Below are positions 36,697 to 46,684 of a stretch of DNA of 64,000 bases, piece by piece. The stretch lies in NCBI GenBank assembly GCA_964420065.1, contig CAYQQK010000003.1, positions 20,478-84,477 of the forward strand, in the 5' to 3' direction. Origin of the DNA: an uncultured Syntrophomonadaceae bacterium (GTDB lineage Bacteria > Bacillota > Dethiobacteria > DTU022). Position numbers and translations under genes: made by a program. Below the pieces are notes generated by a model, which worked only from the letters and a program-made list of their open reading frames with translations, made no database searches and was not told the origin of the DNA. Numbering within the stretch: position 1 is the stretch's first letter; each line of letters begins with the position of its first letter.

Positions 36697-38232
36697 ATGT
36701 CGGAAGGCAGCAATGCAACCCCGGTAACGGAAAAAAAACAAAGTCCTGCCGGACAATTCTGGAGTGGCTTGAGCCGGCCTACCCGTCTGATCATGGGTGC
36801 GGCGGCGTTCGTGATTGTTTGTGCTTTGTTCTTTTTTATCTTTGGTCAGAAGAAAACCCCGCTGGAGGTGCTGTTCAGCGGGTTGGAACCGGGCCAGGCG
36901 GAGGAGGTGCTGGCGGTCCTGGAAGAACAGCGGATCCCTTTTGATACCGCCGACGAAGGTGCCACGATCCTGGTCCCACGGGAACAGCGGGACCGGTTGC
37001 GGATCAAACTTTCCCCCGACCTTTATGCCCAGGGCAAGGGGTTTGCTCTTTTTGAAGCCGGCGGTCTGATCGCAAGCGACTTTGAACGGCGGGTACAGTG
37101 GCAGATCGCCCTGGAGGAGGAACTGCGTCGGACCATTACCAGTCTCGATTCGATCAAGCAGGCCCGGGTGCACCTGGTCATTCCCGAGGACGGGGTGTTT
37201 ATGCGCGACAGGGGGGTGCCGACCGCCGCCATTTTCGTGCGATTGGAACCGTTGGCTTCATTGACCGACCAGCAAGTGCGCGGCATCCTGACCATGGTTG
37301 CCGGGAGCGTGGAGGGGCTGTTGCCGGAAAACGTGACGATCATCGATGCCCGGGGCAACGTCCTTTTTGATGCCTTCCAGCTAGGGGAAAAAAATTCGCC
37401 CCAGCATGCTTCCAGCCAGATCGAGCTGCAGCGCGGTTTTGAACGGGAACTGGAATATCGTTTGCGAACCCTGCTCGAGCGGATCTACGGTCCAGGTAAA
37501 GCCGTGGCCATGGTCAGCGCCGAACTCGATTTTGAAACCCGTGAACGGACTACCGTTACTTACAGCGATCCGGTTAATCGTTCCGAACAGCACCTTGAAG
37601 AATGGTACGAAGGGACGGCCGGGCTGCCGCTGGAGGTGGGCGAACCGAACATTCCAGGCTATGCCGCCGAAACCGGCGCCGGCGATTACGAGTACGAACG
37701 GATTGAAGACATTATCAACTACGAAGTTGGGGAAACCCGGGAATATATCGCCTCGGCTCCCGGGCAAGTAAAACGCCTTTCGGCGGCAGTCATTCTTGAC
37801 CGGCCCGCTTCAGAAGAAACGGCCGAACGAATCGCCGCCCTGGTTGCCTCGGCCATTGGCCTGGATGATATTCGAGGTGATATCGTTTCGGTCCAGTGCC
37901 TGCCGTTTGATACCTCGTGGCAGGAGGGGTGGGAAGAAGAACCGGCCGTACCTGCTCCGGCGGGACGTTTCACCTTGCGCCCCCTGCATCTTGTTGCCGC
38001 CGCCGTTGCCCTGGGATTGTTACTGTTCCTGGGAGTGGTTCTGGTTCGGCGCAGCCGGGCCGCCCACCTGCAGGATATGGAGCTTTTCCGGGAAGGCATG
38101 ATTGAAGAAGCGGCGGCGGAAGAAAAGCCGGCGCCTCCCGAACAGAAAAAGCATGAACAGGTCCGGCAGATGGCTGAAGATGAACCGGAAGACATGGCCC
38201 AGGTGTTACGAACCTGGTTGGCTCAAGAGTAA
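36697..38232 (+). CDS. fliF: Flagellar MS-ring protein FliF
   Basis: 511 aa with an N-terminal TM, a LEPGQAEEVLAVLEEQRIPF domain and a C-terminal TM. Confidence 0.9.
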   Translation: MSEGSNATPVTEKKQSPAGQFWSGLSRPTRLIMGAAAFVIVCALFFFIFGQKKTPLEVLFSGLEPGQAEEVLAVLEEQRIPFDTADEGATILVPREQRDRLRIKLSPDLYAQGKGFALFEAGGLIASDFERRVQWQIALEEELRRTITSLDSIKQARVHLVIPEDGVFMRDRGVPTAAIFVRLEPLASLTDQQVRGILTMVAGSVEGLLPENVTIIDARGNVLFDAFQLGEKNSPQHASSQIELQRGFERELEYRLRTLLERIYGPGKAVAMVSAELDFETRERTTVTYSDPVNRSEQHLEEWYEGTAGLPLEVGEPNIPGYAAETGAGDYEYERIEDIINYEVGETREYIASAPGQVKRLSAAVILDRPASEETAERIAALVASAIGLDDIRGDIVSVQCLPFDTSWQEGWEEEPAVPAPAGRFTLRPLHLVAAAVALGLLLFLGVVLVRRSRAAHLQDMELFREGMIEEAAAEEKPAPPEQKKHEQVRQMAEDEPEDMAQVLRTWLAQE

Positions 38233-38244
38233 GGGGGAGCAAGA

Positions 38245-39255
38245 TTGCAGAAGGGAAAACCGCTGACCGGTGAAAAAAAAATTGCCATTCTCTGCATGGC
38301 CATCGGTCCCGCCCTTGCTGCGAAGATCCTCAAATATTTTAACGAGGCCGAGATCGAGCGCATCACCGCCGAAATTGCCAATACCACCCGGGTGCGGCGG
38401 GAAATCATGGAAAAGGTGCTGGACGAGTTTATTCTCCTGCACGAAGCGCGGCAATATATCCTCAACGGGGGCATGGATTACGCGCGCCAGCTTCTGGAAC
38501 GGACTGTCGGTACGCAAAAGGCAACGGAAATTATGCGGCGCTTGAAGGAAACGAGCCAGGTCAAGCCGTTTACTTTTGTTCGCAATGCAGACATCAGACA
38601 GCTGGTGAGCCTGATCAGCCAGGAGCACCCCCAGACAATTGCCTTTATCCTGTCCTATCTCGATGCAGATCAAGCCGCACTGATCGTGGCGGAACTGCCC
38701 CAGGAGATCCAGAGCGATATTGCCCGCCGGATTGCGACCATGGAACGCACCTCGCCCCAGGTATTGCAAGGGGTGGAAAGCGTAATGCGAGAACGGCTGT
38801 CGGCTATGTTCCAGCAGGACTTCACCGCAGTCGGGGGGCTCCAGTCGATCGTTGATATTTTGAACAATGTCGACCGGGGCACGGAAAAGCTAATTCTGGA
38901 AAGACTGGATAAGGAAGACGAGGAGCTGGCCGAAAAGATCAGGCAGCGTATGTTCATTTTCGAAGATATCGTTACCCTGGACGATATTTCTATCCAGCGG
39001 ATCATGCGCGAGCTTGACAGCAACGATGTTGCCCTGGCTCTGAAAGGAGCCAGTGATGATGTTAAAAACAGAATTGTCAAGAATATTTCCCGGCGGGCTG
39101 CGGAAATCCTGGTTGAAAATATCGAATATCTGGGTCCGGTCCGGCTTCGGGATGTCGAGGAAGCGCAACAAAAGATCGTCGAAGTGATTCGGCGTCTTGA
39201 TGAAGGCGGCGAAATCATTCTAGCACGGGGTGGGGAAGATGCCATCATCATCTAA
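38245..39255 (+). CDS. fliG: Flagellar motor switch protein FliG
   Basis: Conserved C-terminal torque helix region (MFIFEDIVTLDD...ALKGASDDVK...) and middle domain. Confidence 0.9.
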   Translation: MQKGKPLTGEKKIAILCMAIGPALAAKILKYFNEAEIERITAEIANTTRVRREIMEKVLDEFILLHEARQYILNGGMDYARQLLERTVGTQKATEIMRRLKETSQVKPFTFVRNADIRQLVSLISQEHPQTIAFILSYLDADQAALIVAELPQEIQSDIARRIATMERTSPQVLQGVESVMRERLSAMFQQDFTAVGGLQSIVDILNNVDRGTEKLILERLDKEDEELAEKIRQRMFIFEDIVTLDDISIQRIMRELDSNDVALALKGASDDVKNRIVKNISRRAAEILVENIEYLGPVRLRDVEEAQQKIVEVIRRLDEGGEIILARGGEDAIII

Positions 39256-40030
39256 AATTTTTAAAAACGTGATCGTGGCGGGATTTTCGCTCTACCGCCG
39301 GATTGAAGAAGCGGAAGCGGGACCGGCCGCCGGGAACGGATCCACGGGGATGCCGGCTGTGGACAGGGAGCCGAGTGCGGCTGTCACGGAAGATGCTGGC
39401 GGGCTCGCAAAGGTTGCCGTGCTCGAAAAGGGCGCTGTACCGCCGCCGGAAACCCGGCCGGACCGGAAAGAGATCGAAGAAAAATGGGCCGCCGCCGGGT
39501 ATGCCCGGGGAAAGGCCAAAGCGGAGGCGGAATGCAGGCTTCTTCGGGAGGAGGCCTCCCAAATCATGCAGGAAGCGGGGCAGAACCTGGAAGAGGCCCG
39601 CCGTCGTTCCCGCGAGATTGTAGCCGCTTCGGAAAAAACAATTGTACGCATGGCCGTGGCCGCCGCTGAAAACCTGTTGCATTGCCAGCTGGACCTGTCT
39701 CCTGAAAAGATCATGCACGTAGTGCGCAAAACGATGCAAGAATTGCCGGAAGGTGAAGCGGTTACCCTTTATATCAACCCGGCCGATCTTCAGTCCTGCC
39801 GGCAGGCTGTAGAAAACTTGCGCCGGGAACGATCCGGTTTGCCCTTACCGGAGCTGCTGCCCGATGAGACTCTTCCCCGGGGCAGTTGTCGTGGCGAAAC
39901 GGATAGCGCTATTGCCGAGTATTCCCGTGAAGAAGAACAGGCGCAGATTGAGGAGAAATTGATGGCGGTCGCCCGGGCGAAGGAACAACAGTTACTTGAG
40001 GAGGAAGACGGTGAATATGGACGGCACTGA
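39230..40030 (+). CDS. fliH: Flagellar assembly protein FliH
   Basis: Glu/Ala-rich coiled N-terminus plus FliH-like C-domain, placed between fliG and fliI. Confidence 0.6.
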   Translation: MGKMPSSSKIFKNVIVAGFSLYRRIEEAEAGPAAGNGSTGMPAVDREPSAAVTEDAGGLAKVAVLEKGAVPPPETRPDRKEIEEKWAAAGYARGKAKAEAECRLLREEASQIMQEAGQNLEEARRRSREIVAASEKTIVRMAVAAAENLLHCQLDLSPEKIMHVVRKTMQELPEGEAVTLYINPADLQSCRQAVENLRRERSGLPLPELLPDETLPRGSCRGETDSAIAEYSREEEQAQIEEKLMAVARAKEQQLLEEEDGEYGRH

Positions 40031-41366
40031 GGGACTCGTCAGCAGCGCCAGGTACATTTCCACACTCGAACCTCCAGGCGGAGTGCGCCTTTCGGGCCGC
40101 GTGCGCCAGGTGATCGGGCTGGCTCTGGAAGCGAGCGGAATCCAGCCTTTCATCGGAGAGCTGTGCCGGGTCAAAACCGCGGCCGGCTTGATAGTCGAGG
40201 CCGAAGTGGTCGGTTTTCGGGAAAAAACTGCCCTGTTGATGCCTTTGGGCGAGTTGCGGGGCATTGCCCCCGGTTGTCCGATCCAGCCGACCGGGGCCGG
40301 TTTTACCGTTCCCGTCAGCGAAAAACTTCTCGGTCGCGTTTTGGACGGTCTCGGCCGGCCTCTCGACGGAAAGGAACTGTCTTCTTCCGCTGAAGCCAAA
40401 GAGCGCCCCGTGGATAACAGCCCGCCCAACCCGATGCAGCGCCGCCCGATCACAGCGGTCCTGCCGACCGGGATCAAGGCGCTGGACGGCCTGCTGACCT
40501 GCGGCCAGGGCCAGCGCATCGGTATATTTTCCGGGAGCGGGGTCGGAAAGAGCACTTTACTTGGCATGATCGCTCGCCACAGTACCGCCGACGTCAACGT
40601 GATTGCCCTGATCGGGGAGCGGGGTCGCGAGGTTGGTGATTTTATTACCCGCGGTGTTGGCCCCGCCGGGCTGCATCGTTCAGTCATTGTCGTTTCGACT
40701 TCAGACCGGCCCGCCCTGGAACGGGTCACGGGAGCCAAGGTGGCGATCACCATCGCCGAATACTTTCGCGATCGGGGCCAGAATGTGATCTTTATGATGG
40801 ACTCGGTGACCCGTTTTTGCATGGCCCAACGGGAAGTCGGCCTGGCCGTGGGTGAGCCTCCTTCCACCAGGGGCTACACCCCTTCCGTTTTCGCCTTGCT
40901 GGCGCGATTCCTGGAACGTTCCGGTTGTTCCAGCGATGGCAGTATCACCGGCTTTTACACCGTCCTGGTGGACGGGGATGATTTCACCGAGCCGATCACC
41001 GATGCGGTGCGCAGTATTCTGGACGGGCATGTCATTTTAACCCGAAAACTGGCTGCTCAAAACCACTTCCCGGCCCTTGATATTTTGCACAGCAACAGCC
41101 GCCTGATGCCTTATCTGATCGATCCGGAACATGCCGGGGCGGCGGCGGAAATACGCAAGCTGCTGGCGGTCTATAGTGAAGCGGAAGATCTGATCAGTAT
41201 CGGGGCCTATCAGCGGGGTTCCCAGGAAACGGTGGACCGGGCCATCGCCAGGCGTAAGGACATTTTAAGTTTTCTGCGCCAGAACCCGGACGAATGTTTT
41301 GATTGGGACGACACCCTGGCCCGTTTGAAAGAGACCGCCGGGGTGACAACCGGTGCGCCGGCCTGA
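40017..41366 (+). CDS. fliI: Flagellum-specific ATPase FliI
   Basis: Walker A GSGVGKST and a T3SS ATPase fold. Confidence 0.9.
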   Translation: MDGTEGLVSSARYISTLEPPGGVRLSGRVRQVIGLALEASGIQPFIGELCRVKTAAGLIVEAEVVGFREKTALLMPLGELRGIAPGCPIQPTGAGFTVPVSEKLLGRVLDGLGRPLDGKELSSSAEAKERPVDNSPPNPMQRRPITAVLPTGIKALDGLLTCGQGQRIGIFSGSGVGKSTLLGMIARHSTADVNVIALIGERGREVGDFITRGVGPAGLHRSVIVVSTSDRPALERVTGAKVAITIAEYFRDRGQNVIFMMDSVTRFCMAQREVGLAVGEPPSTRGYTPSVFALLARFLERSGCSSDGSITGFYTVLVDGDDFTEPITDAVRSILDGHVILTRKLAAQNHFPALDILHSNSRLMPYLIDPEHAGAAAEIRKLLAVYSEAEDLISIGAYQRGSQETVDRAIARRKDILSFLRQNPDECFDWDDTLARLKETAGVTTGAPA

Positions 41367-41407
41367 ACGGGGGCGCAGCCCGGAAAACGTGTGAAGGAGG
41401 AGCTGTC

Positions 41408-41848
41408 GTGACTTTTCGTTTTCCACTACAACGGGTTTTACACTACCGGCTCTCCCGGGAAAATCAAAGCAAGCAGCAACTGGACTTCTGCCGGCGATCC
41501 CTTGAAGAAACGGAGCAGGGTTTGCAGGTGTTGCATCATACCCGGGATGGTACCGCAGAGATCTTGAGACAGCAATATGTGACTGAAACGGATTTCCTCC
41601 TGGTGCAGAGCGCCTACCGGCATCTGCATCTGACGGATCAGCAGTTGAAAAAGCAGGAAAAATTGCGCTTCCGGGCACTTCAGACCGTGCAAAAGCAGCA
41701 AAAAGAGTTGCAACAGCGCTGGCAACAGAGGCGGATCCTGGAAATCCTGCAGGATCATGCCTGCGCCTCCTACCGGCGGGAAGAGACGCGGCAGGAACAA
41801 AAAACCTGTGACGAGCTGGCCCTGTACGCGTACAAGCCCAAAATTTGA
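41408..41848 (+). CDS. fliJ: Flagellar export protein FliJ
   Basis: VTFRFPLQRVLHYRL... coiled-coil, 146 aa. GTG start after a GGAGGAG RBS. Confidence 0.65.
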   Translation: MTFRFPLQRVLHYRLSRENQSKQQLDFCRRSLEETEQGLQVLHHTRDGTAEILRQQYVTETDFLLVQSAYRHLHLTDQQLKKQEKLRFRALQTVQKQQKELQQRWQQRRILEILQDHACASYRREETRQEQKTCDELALYAYKPKI

Positions 41849-41909
41849 CCGATCAATCCGGCTGTGCCGGATCAAACCGGTCGGAATGAAGATGAAAGGA
41901 GGTGAATCC

Positions 41910-43277
41910 ATGTCTCAAATAGTGGTTGTATTGCCACACGGCGGGGTTGAAGAGACAACATCCAATATCCACGTCAGGGGAAACGGTGCTGGCGACACGC
42001 TTTTTGCCGGCTTGCTGGAGCAGGTCCTCTTTCCAGACCGGGCCGTTTCCGGCTCCATGAAAATGACGTTGCCTTCGGAAACGGCCGTCTCGGCTCCGGG
42101 GGAGAAAGAATGTGGAGAGCGGGGAAAAAGCATCACTTTTCCCGGAAATGCCGTACCCGGGAACGGATCCGAAGAGCGGGAAAGGGATCAGGTCGCAACC
42201 GCCGCCGGCCGCGCCGGTTGCACTCCTGCGGCAGGGCTGTTCTCCTTGCCGGTTTATTCCGGCACTACTCCGGCTGCTCTGGAAACGGGCTTTGCGGCAA
42301 AAACGGGATCTGGAGCACTGCCCTTGCTGCTGGAAATGGCCCGCAATGACCCGGTTAGGGCCGTAACGGACGTCATTTCCAAGGCGCCGCTGCGGTTGGA
42401 TGCCTGTTTTGATCTTCCGCCGCAAATCGTGGAACCGGAGGACGGTGGATACTTGGCCGTCCCGGAGCGGCAGGATCCGGCGGATCGGTTCCTTTCCCAA
42501 ACCGGGGTTCGTTCAAACGGGCTGCAAGAAAAAGTGTTTCCCCTTGCGGCAGGAAGCACGGCTCCGGAATGCCCGAAACCGGAGCCGGTGCGGCCTGAAA
42601 GAGCGGCAACGCCCGGGGAATCTGCAGTATTTTTCCGAGAAAACCGGACGGGGAACCCGGGAGCAAGGCCCCGTGGCGCCAAGGAACCCTTTTTGGAAAC
42701 GCCGCTTTTCAAAAACGAATCCGGCCCCGTTGCGGCGGAGCCGCACCGGGGCGTTTCGGCGGCCGGAAGCGGGCCGGTAGAACCCTTTTCTTTGACCCGT
42801 TCCGGTCAAGCGGGAAGAACGGCCGGGTCAGCCCGCGAGGATCTATTGGCGCAGTTGGGGGCGCGTATTACTTACCTGCGGGAACGCGGCAATCTGCCGG
42901 CGGAAATGAGGTTGCAGCTAAAGCCGCCGGATCTGGGGGAGATTGCGATCCGGGTCTCTCGCCAGGACGGCCGCCTGTCCGTCCGGTTTGCGGCGGAAGT
43001 TTCGGCACAGGAACTGCTCCGGGCCTGTCTCGGTGAGTTGCAACAGCGGTTGCCGCAGGCGGATTTCTCTCTGACACGCTCCGATCTCGGTGCTGCCGGT
43101 CCGGGTGCCTCTTTTTCCTCCTGGACGGGAGACGGGGATCGGGGTCAAAATCGCTTTATTCCGGACCAGTCCGGCGGGGGAGCCGAGGTGGAGCGGCCCG
43201 CGGTTGCTCCGGATACGGCTTCTTTCCCCGATCTGCAGGCCGGTTCTTTTCACCAGGGGATCAACTACTGGGCTTGA
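41910..43277 (+). CDS. fliK: Flagellar hook-length control protein FliK
   Basis: Pro-rich central region and a C-terminal Flg_hook domain (LKPPDLGEIAIRVSRQDGRLSVRFAAEVSAQELL). RBS AAAGGAGGTGA. Confidence 0.6.
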   Translation: MSQIVVVLPHGGVEETTSNIHVRGNGAGDTLFAGLLEQVLFPDRAVSGSMKMTLPSETAVSAPGEKECGERGKSITFPGNAVPGNGSEERERDQVATAAGRAGCTPAAGLFSLPVYSGTTPAALETGFAAKTGSGALPLLLEMARNDPVRAVTDVISKAPLRLDACFDLPPQIVEPEDGGYLAVPERQDPADRFLSQTGVRSNGLQEKVFPLAAGSTAPECPKPEPVRPERAATPGESAVFFRENRTGNPGARPRGAKEPFLETPLFKNESGPVAAEPHRGVSAAGSGPVEPFSLTRSGQAGRTAGSAREDLLAQLGARITYLRERGNLPAEMRLQLKPPDLGEIAIRVSRQDGRLSVRFAAEVSAQELLRACLGELQQRLPQADFSLTRSDLGAAGPGASFSSWTGDGDRGQNRFIPDQSGGGAEVERPAVAPDTASFPDLQAGSFHQGINYWA

Positions 43278-43297
43278 GCGAAGGGAGGTCAACAAAG

Positions 43298-43729
43298 ATG
43301 ATCAATGCAACGACCGCAGCCGCAGCTACGACGACGGCTTCAGCTTCCAGCGGGAACGTGGGCAAGCAAGAGATGGGGGTGGATCTGTTTTTACAGCTTC
43401 TGGTGACCCAGATGCGTTACCAGGACCCCCTTTCGGGATCGCAGGATACGGGTGAACTGATGACCCAGCTTACCCTTTTTACGATGCTCGAGCAAGTGGT
43501 TCAGCTTCAGCAGGCGGTAAACCGGCAGGCTATCGCCCAGGATCAAAGCCGTACGCTTGACTTGCTTAACCGGACCGTTGAGGTGAGGGATTCCGGTGGA
43601 AACGTGCGGCAGGGCGAGGTGACCGCGGTCATCTTCGAAGCGGAACGGACCCTGGTTGCCGTTGGCGGGATCGAGTATCCTGACAGCGCCGTGATCCGGG
43701 TCGTGGGAGGGGCTGTCCATGATCTCTAG
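43298..43729 (+). CDS. flgD: Flagellar hook capping/scaffold protein FlgD
   Basis: MGVDLFLQLLVTQMRYQDPLSGSQDTGELMTQLTLFTMLEQ matches the FlgD N-domain. Confidence 0.75.
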   Translation: MINATTAAAATTTASASSGNVGKQEMGVDLFLQLLVTQMRYQDPLSGSQDTGELMTQLTLFTMLEQVVQLQQAVNRQAIAQDQSRTLDLLNRTVEVRDSGGNVRQGEVTAVIFEAERTLVAVGGIEYPDSAVIRVVGGAVHDL

Positions 43730-44117
43730 AACCGGGCCCCTGAATCCGGCCGCACCCGGGCGGAGCCCTGTTCCGGTCCGACGCCCTGAACGAAGGCCGG
43801 CGCCGGAGCACCGGGGTTTTTCCTTTCAGGACCTTCTGGAAAAAACACAAGTCCGGGAAGAAGGCCTGGTTTTTTCCGCCCATGCCCGCGAACGCCTTGA
43901 AAGCCGTCGCATCCGACTGCAGGAAGGCGATCTGGATAAACTGTCCCGGGCGATGGAGAAAGCCGGGCAAAAAGGAGCCCGCTCGGCGTTGTTGCTTTAC
44001 GGCACTCTGGCCATGATCACCAGCGTGCCCAATCGCACCATCATTACCGCCGTGGATACGGCCGGGGCGGGCGCACAGGTTTTTACCAATATCGACAGTG
44101 CGGTCATCGTTGAATAA
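43719..44117 (+). CDS. Flagellar operon protein (TIGR02530-like), between flgD and flgE
   Basis: FSFQDLLEKTQ...FSAHARERLESRRIRL...LAMITSVPNRTIITAV. Family recalled from memory. Confidence 0.45.
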   Translation: MISRTGPLNPAAPGRSPVPVRRPERRPAPEHRGFSFQDLLEKTQVREEGLVFSAHARERLESRRIRLQEGDLDKLSRAMEKAGQKGARSALLLYGTLAMITSVPNRTIITAVDTAGAGAQVFTNIDSAVIVE

Positions 44118-44208
44118 GGCCGGACCTCCGGCGGGGGAGCCTTGTCCCGTGGAAAGAGCGAAGCGGGACGGCCGCACCGGTTTTAATATGCCAGAAGGAG
44201 GTAGTTTC

Positions 44209-45711
44209 ATGATTCGTTCATTGAGTACCGCCGTTTCCGGTTTACGGGGCTACCAGATCAAACTTGATGTGATCGGCAACAATATTGCCAATGTGAATAC
44301 GGTTGCTTTCAAAAAGTCCCAGGCCCGTTTCGAGGACCTGCTCAGCGAGACCATCCAGAGCGCGACCGCACCCCTGGTTCGAGGCGGGATCAACCCGTCA
44401 CAGGTGGGGACCGGGATCCAGGTCTCCTCGATCATGGATCATCACGACCAGGGGGCCATGCAGACGACCGACCGGGACACCGACCTGGCGATCGAGGGGG
44501 CCGGCTTTTTTGTTGTCTTTGACGGGCAGCAGCTCTACTTTACCCGGGATGGTTCTTTTGGGCGTGACGCCAACGGAGAGCTGGTCAACGTCAATGGCCT
44601 CAAGTTGATGGGTTATATCGGCCGCGATACCGATGCGACCGGTGAACTGAGTTCGCTGCACATCCCCCTGGGCGAGCAGATGGTGGCCCGTGCCTCGGAA
44701 AACCTTTACTTTTCAGGAAACCTGGACGCAGGCGCCCGTGAAATGATGCCCGAGATTCAGGTACTATATCTGGGCAATGCTACCGGCGGCAGCTTTACTT
44801 TGAGCAACGGAACGTTCAACGAGACATTGAACTTTGATGCTGATATTGACGCGATCACCGACGCCCTGGAAGACTTTTACGGAAGTGGGATGGTTACTGT
44901 AACGGACGACGGCGCGGGCGGTTTCGAGATCGCTTTCGATCCGGTCGTTGGCAAGTCGGGGCTTATATTTGACGGTAGCGATTTGGATGATGCGACCGAA
45001 GAACCGGGTCTGGATGAAAAGCAGTCGTTCAAGGTGGCGGACTGCCGCCATTACGAGTACGACGTCTTCGATTCCCTTGGGCGGCGCTACCTGGTCGAGT
45101 TTGTCTTTACCCCGGCGGGGGGTAATACGTGGGCCTACGAGGCCACCCTGGAGGGGGGGGCGATCTCTATCGGTGGCGGGATACTGGCTTTTGACACAAA
45201 GGGTTATATCGACCAGAGCGCCTCCAACATCGGCCCCCTGAGCTACACCCCGCCCGGCGCCGATACACTCAATGTGATGCTTGATTTCTCGAAAGCAACC
45301 CAGCTGGCCGGATCGAGCAACCTCCTCGTGCGGGAGCAGGACGGGTTTACCGCCGGTGAGCTGGTCGCGTTTTCGATCGGTCGGACCGGGGTCATTACCG
45401 GCACTTACAGCAACGGGATGGTAGAACAGTTGGGGCAGCTGGCGTTGGCTTACTTTGCCAACCCGGAAGGTTTGTTGAAAGAGGGCGGAAACCTGTACCA
45501 GATCACGGCCAACTCCGGCGAGGCCCGGATCGGCGCGGCGGGGGTTGACGGCCGGGGCATGGTCCAGTCCTACTCCCTGGAGATGTCGAACGCCGACCTC
45601 TCTTTCGAATTTACCGAGTTGATCACGACCAGCCGGGCTTTCCAGGCCAACACCCGGGTCATCACTACTTCCGACGAAGTATTGCAGGAAGTGATCAATA
45701 TGAAGCGGTAA
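44209..45711 (+). CDS. flgE: Flagellar hook protein FlgE
   Basis: MIRSLSTAVSGLRGYQIKLDVIGNNIANVNTVAFKKSQ with a GAAGGAGG RBS. The ORF-track start at 44098 is upstream of the RBS. Confidence 0.9.
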   Translation: MIRSLSTAVSGLRGYQIKLDVIGNNIANVNTVAFKKSQARFEDLLSETIQSATAPLVRGGINPSQVGTGIQVSSIMDHHDQGAMQTTDRDTDLAIEGAGFFVVFDGQQLYFTRDGSFGRDANGELVNVNGLKLMGYIGRDTDATGELSSLHIPLGEQMVARASENLYFSGNLDAGAREMMPEIQVLYLGNATGGSFTLSNGTFNETLNFDADIDAITDALEDFYGSGMVTVTDDGAGGFEIAFDPVVGKSGLIFDGSDLDDATEEPGLDEKQSFKVADCRHYEYDVFDSLGRRYLVEFVFTPAGGNTWAYEATLEGGAISIGGGILAFDTKGYIDQSASNIGPLSYTPPGADTLNVMLDFSKATQLAGSSNLLVREQDGFTAGELVAFSIGRTGVITGTYSNGMVEQLGQLALAYFANPEGLLKEGGNLYQITANSGEARIGAAGVDGRGMVQSYSLEMSNADLSFEFTELITTSRAFQANTRVITTSDEVLQEVINMKR

Positions 45712-45717
45712 CGCTCT

Positions 45718-45770
45718 CCCACTTCTCCCTCCTTGCGGGGGGGAGGGAGAAGTGGGGTCTTTTTCTCTCC
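45718..45770 (+). terminator. Hairpin terminator after flgE
   Basis: CCCACTTCTCCCTCC-ttgcgggg-GGGAGGGAGAAGTGGG followed by a tcTTTTTCTCTCC T-rich tail. Confidence 0.5.
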
Positions 45771-45868
45771 CTGCCTGCGGGGGATGAGGAAAAAAAGCGG
45801 GCAGCCGGAAGGAATTGCGGCACCAACGGGATCACCTCTCCCAATTACAATAACGGAGAGAGCTAGAG

Positions 45869-46684
45869 ATGAAACGCTTTGACGCCATGACGTTGTTGGG
45901 CATGATCACCGGCCTCAGCTTGGTCCTCTTCGGGATCAGTAACGAAGGAGGAGACCTGGGGGGGTTCTGGAACTTTTCCGGTATTCTGATTACCGTCGGC
46001 GGTTCTTTTGGCGCGCTGATGGTTAATTACAGGGCGGATGAGATCAAGGCTGTTTTACAGGTGACCAAGCAGGCCTTCATCAGGAGGGATGAAAGTATTG
46101 TTGAACTAAGCCGTCATTTCACCGACATGGCAACCAAAGCCCGCCGCGAGGGGCTGCTGGGTTTGGAGGACGAACTGGAGGAAATCACCGACTCTTTTTT
46201 GCACAATGGGCTGCAAATGGTGATCGACGGTTTTGAACCGGATACGATCCGCCATATTTTGAATGCCGAAATAGACGCCCTGGAGGGACGGCATGAACTG
46301 GGTCAGAATCTTTTCCGGACCTGGGGTGCGCTTGCCCCTGCTTTCGGCATGATTGGGACCCTGATCGGCCTGGTGATGATGTTGACCCGGCTCGATGATC
46401 CCAATGCGATCGGGCCCGGCATGGCGGTGGCGCTTTTGACCACCTTTTATGGCGCCATCTTGGCCAACCTGGTCTTTATTCCGCTGGCCGGCAAGCTGGC
46501 TATTTACAGCGAAAACGAGGTTCGCCGGAAAGAGATCATGATCGAGGCCCTGCTGGCCTTGCAAAGCGGGATCAACCCGCGCCTGCTCCAGGAACAATTA
46601 AAAGCCTACTACACACCCCAGGAAAAAAGGCTTCTTGAAACACCGGAACGGGAAGAAGAGGGGAAGGCGATCAGCAATGCCTAG
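45869..46684 (+). CDS. motA: Flagellar stator protein MotA
   Basis: 4-TM MotA/TolQ/ExbB family with C-terminal FGMIGTLIGLVMM...AVALLTTFYGAILANL. Confidence 0.9.
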   Translation: MKRFDAMTLLGMITGLSLVLFGISNEGGDLGGFWNFSGILITVGGSFGALMVNYRADEIKAVLQVTKQAFIRRDESIVELSRHFTDMATKARREGLLGLEDELEEITDSFLHNGLQMVIDGFEPDTIRHILNAEIDALEGRHELGQNLFRTWGALAPAFGMIGTLIGLVMMLTRLDDPNAIGPGMAVALLTTFYGAILANLVFIPLAGKLAIYSENEVRRKEIMIEALLALQSGINPRLLQEQLKAYYTPQEKRLLETPEREEEGKAISNA

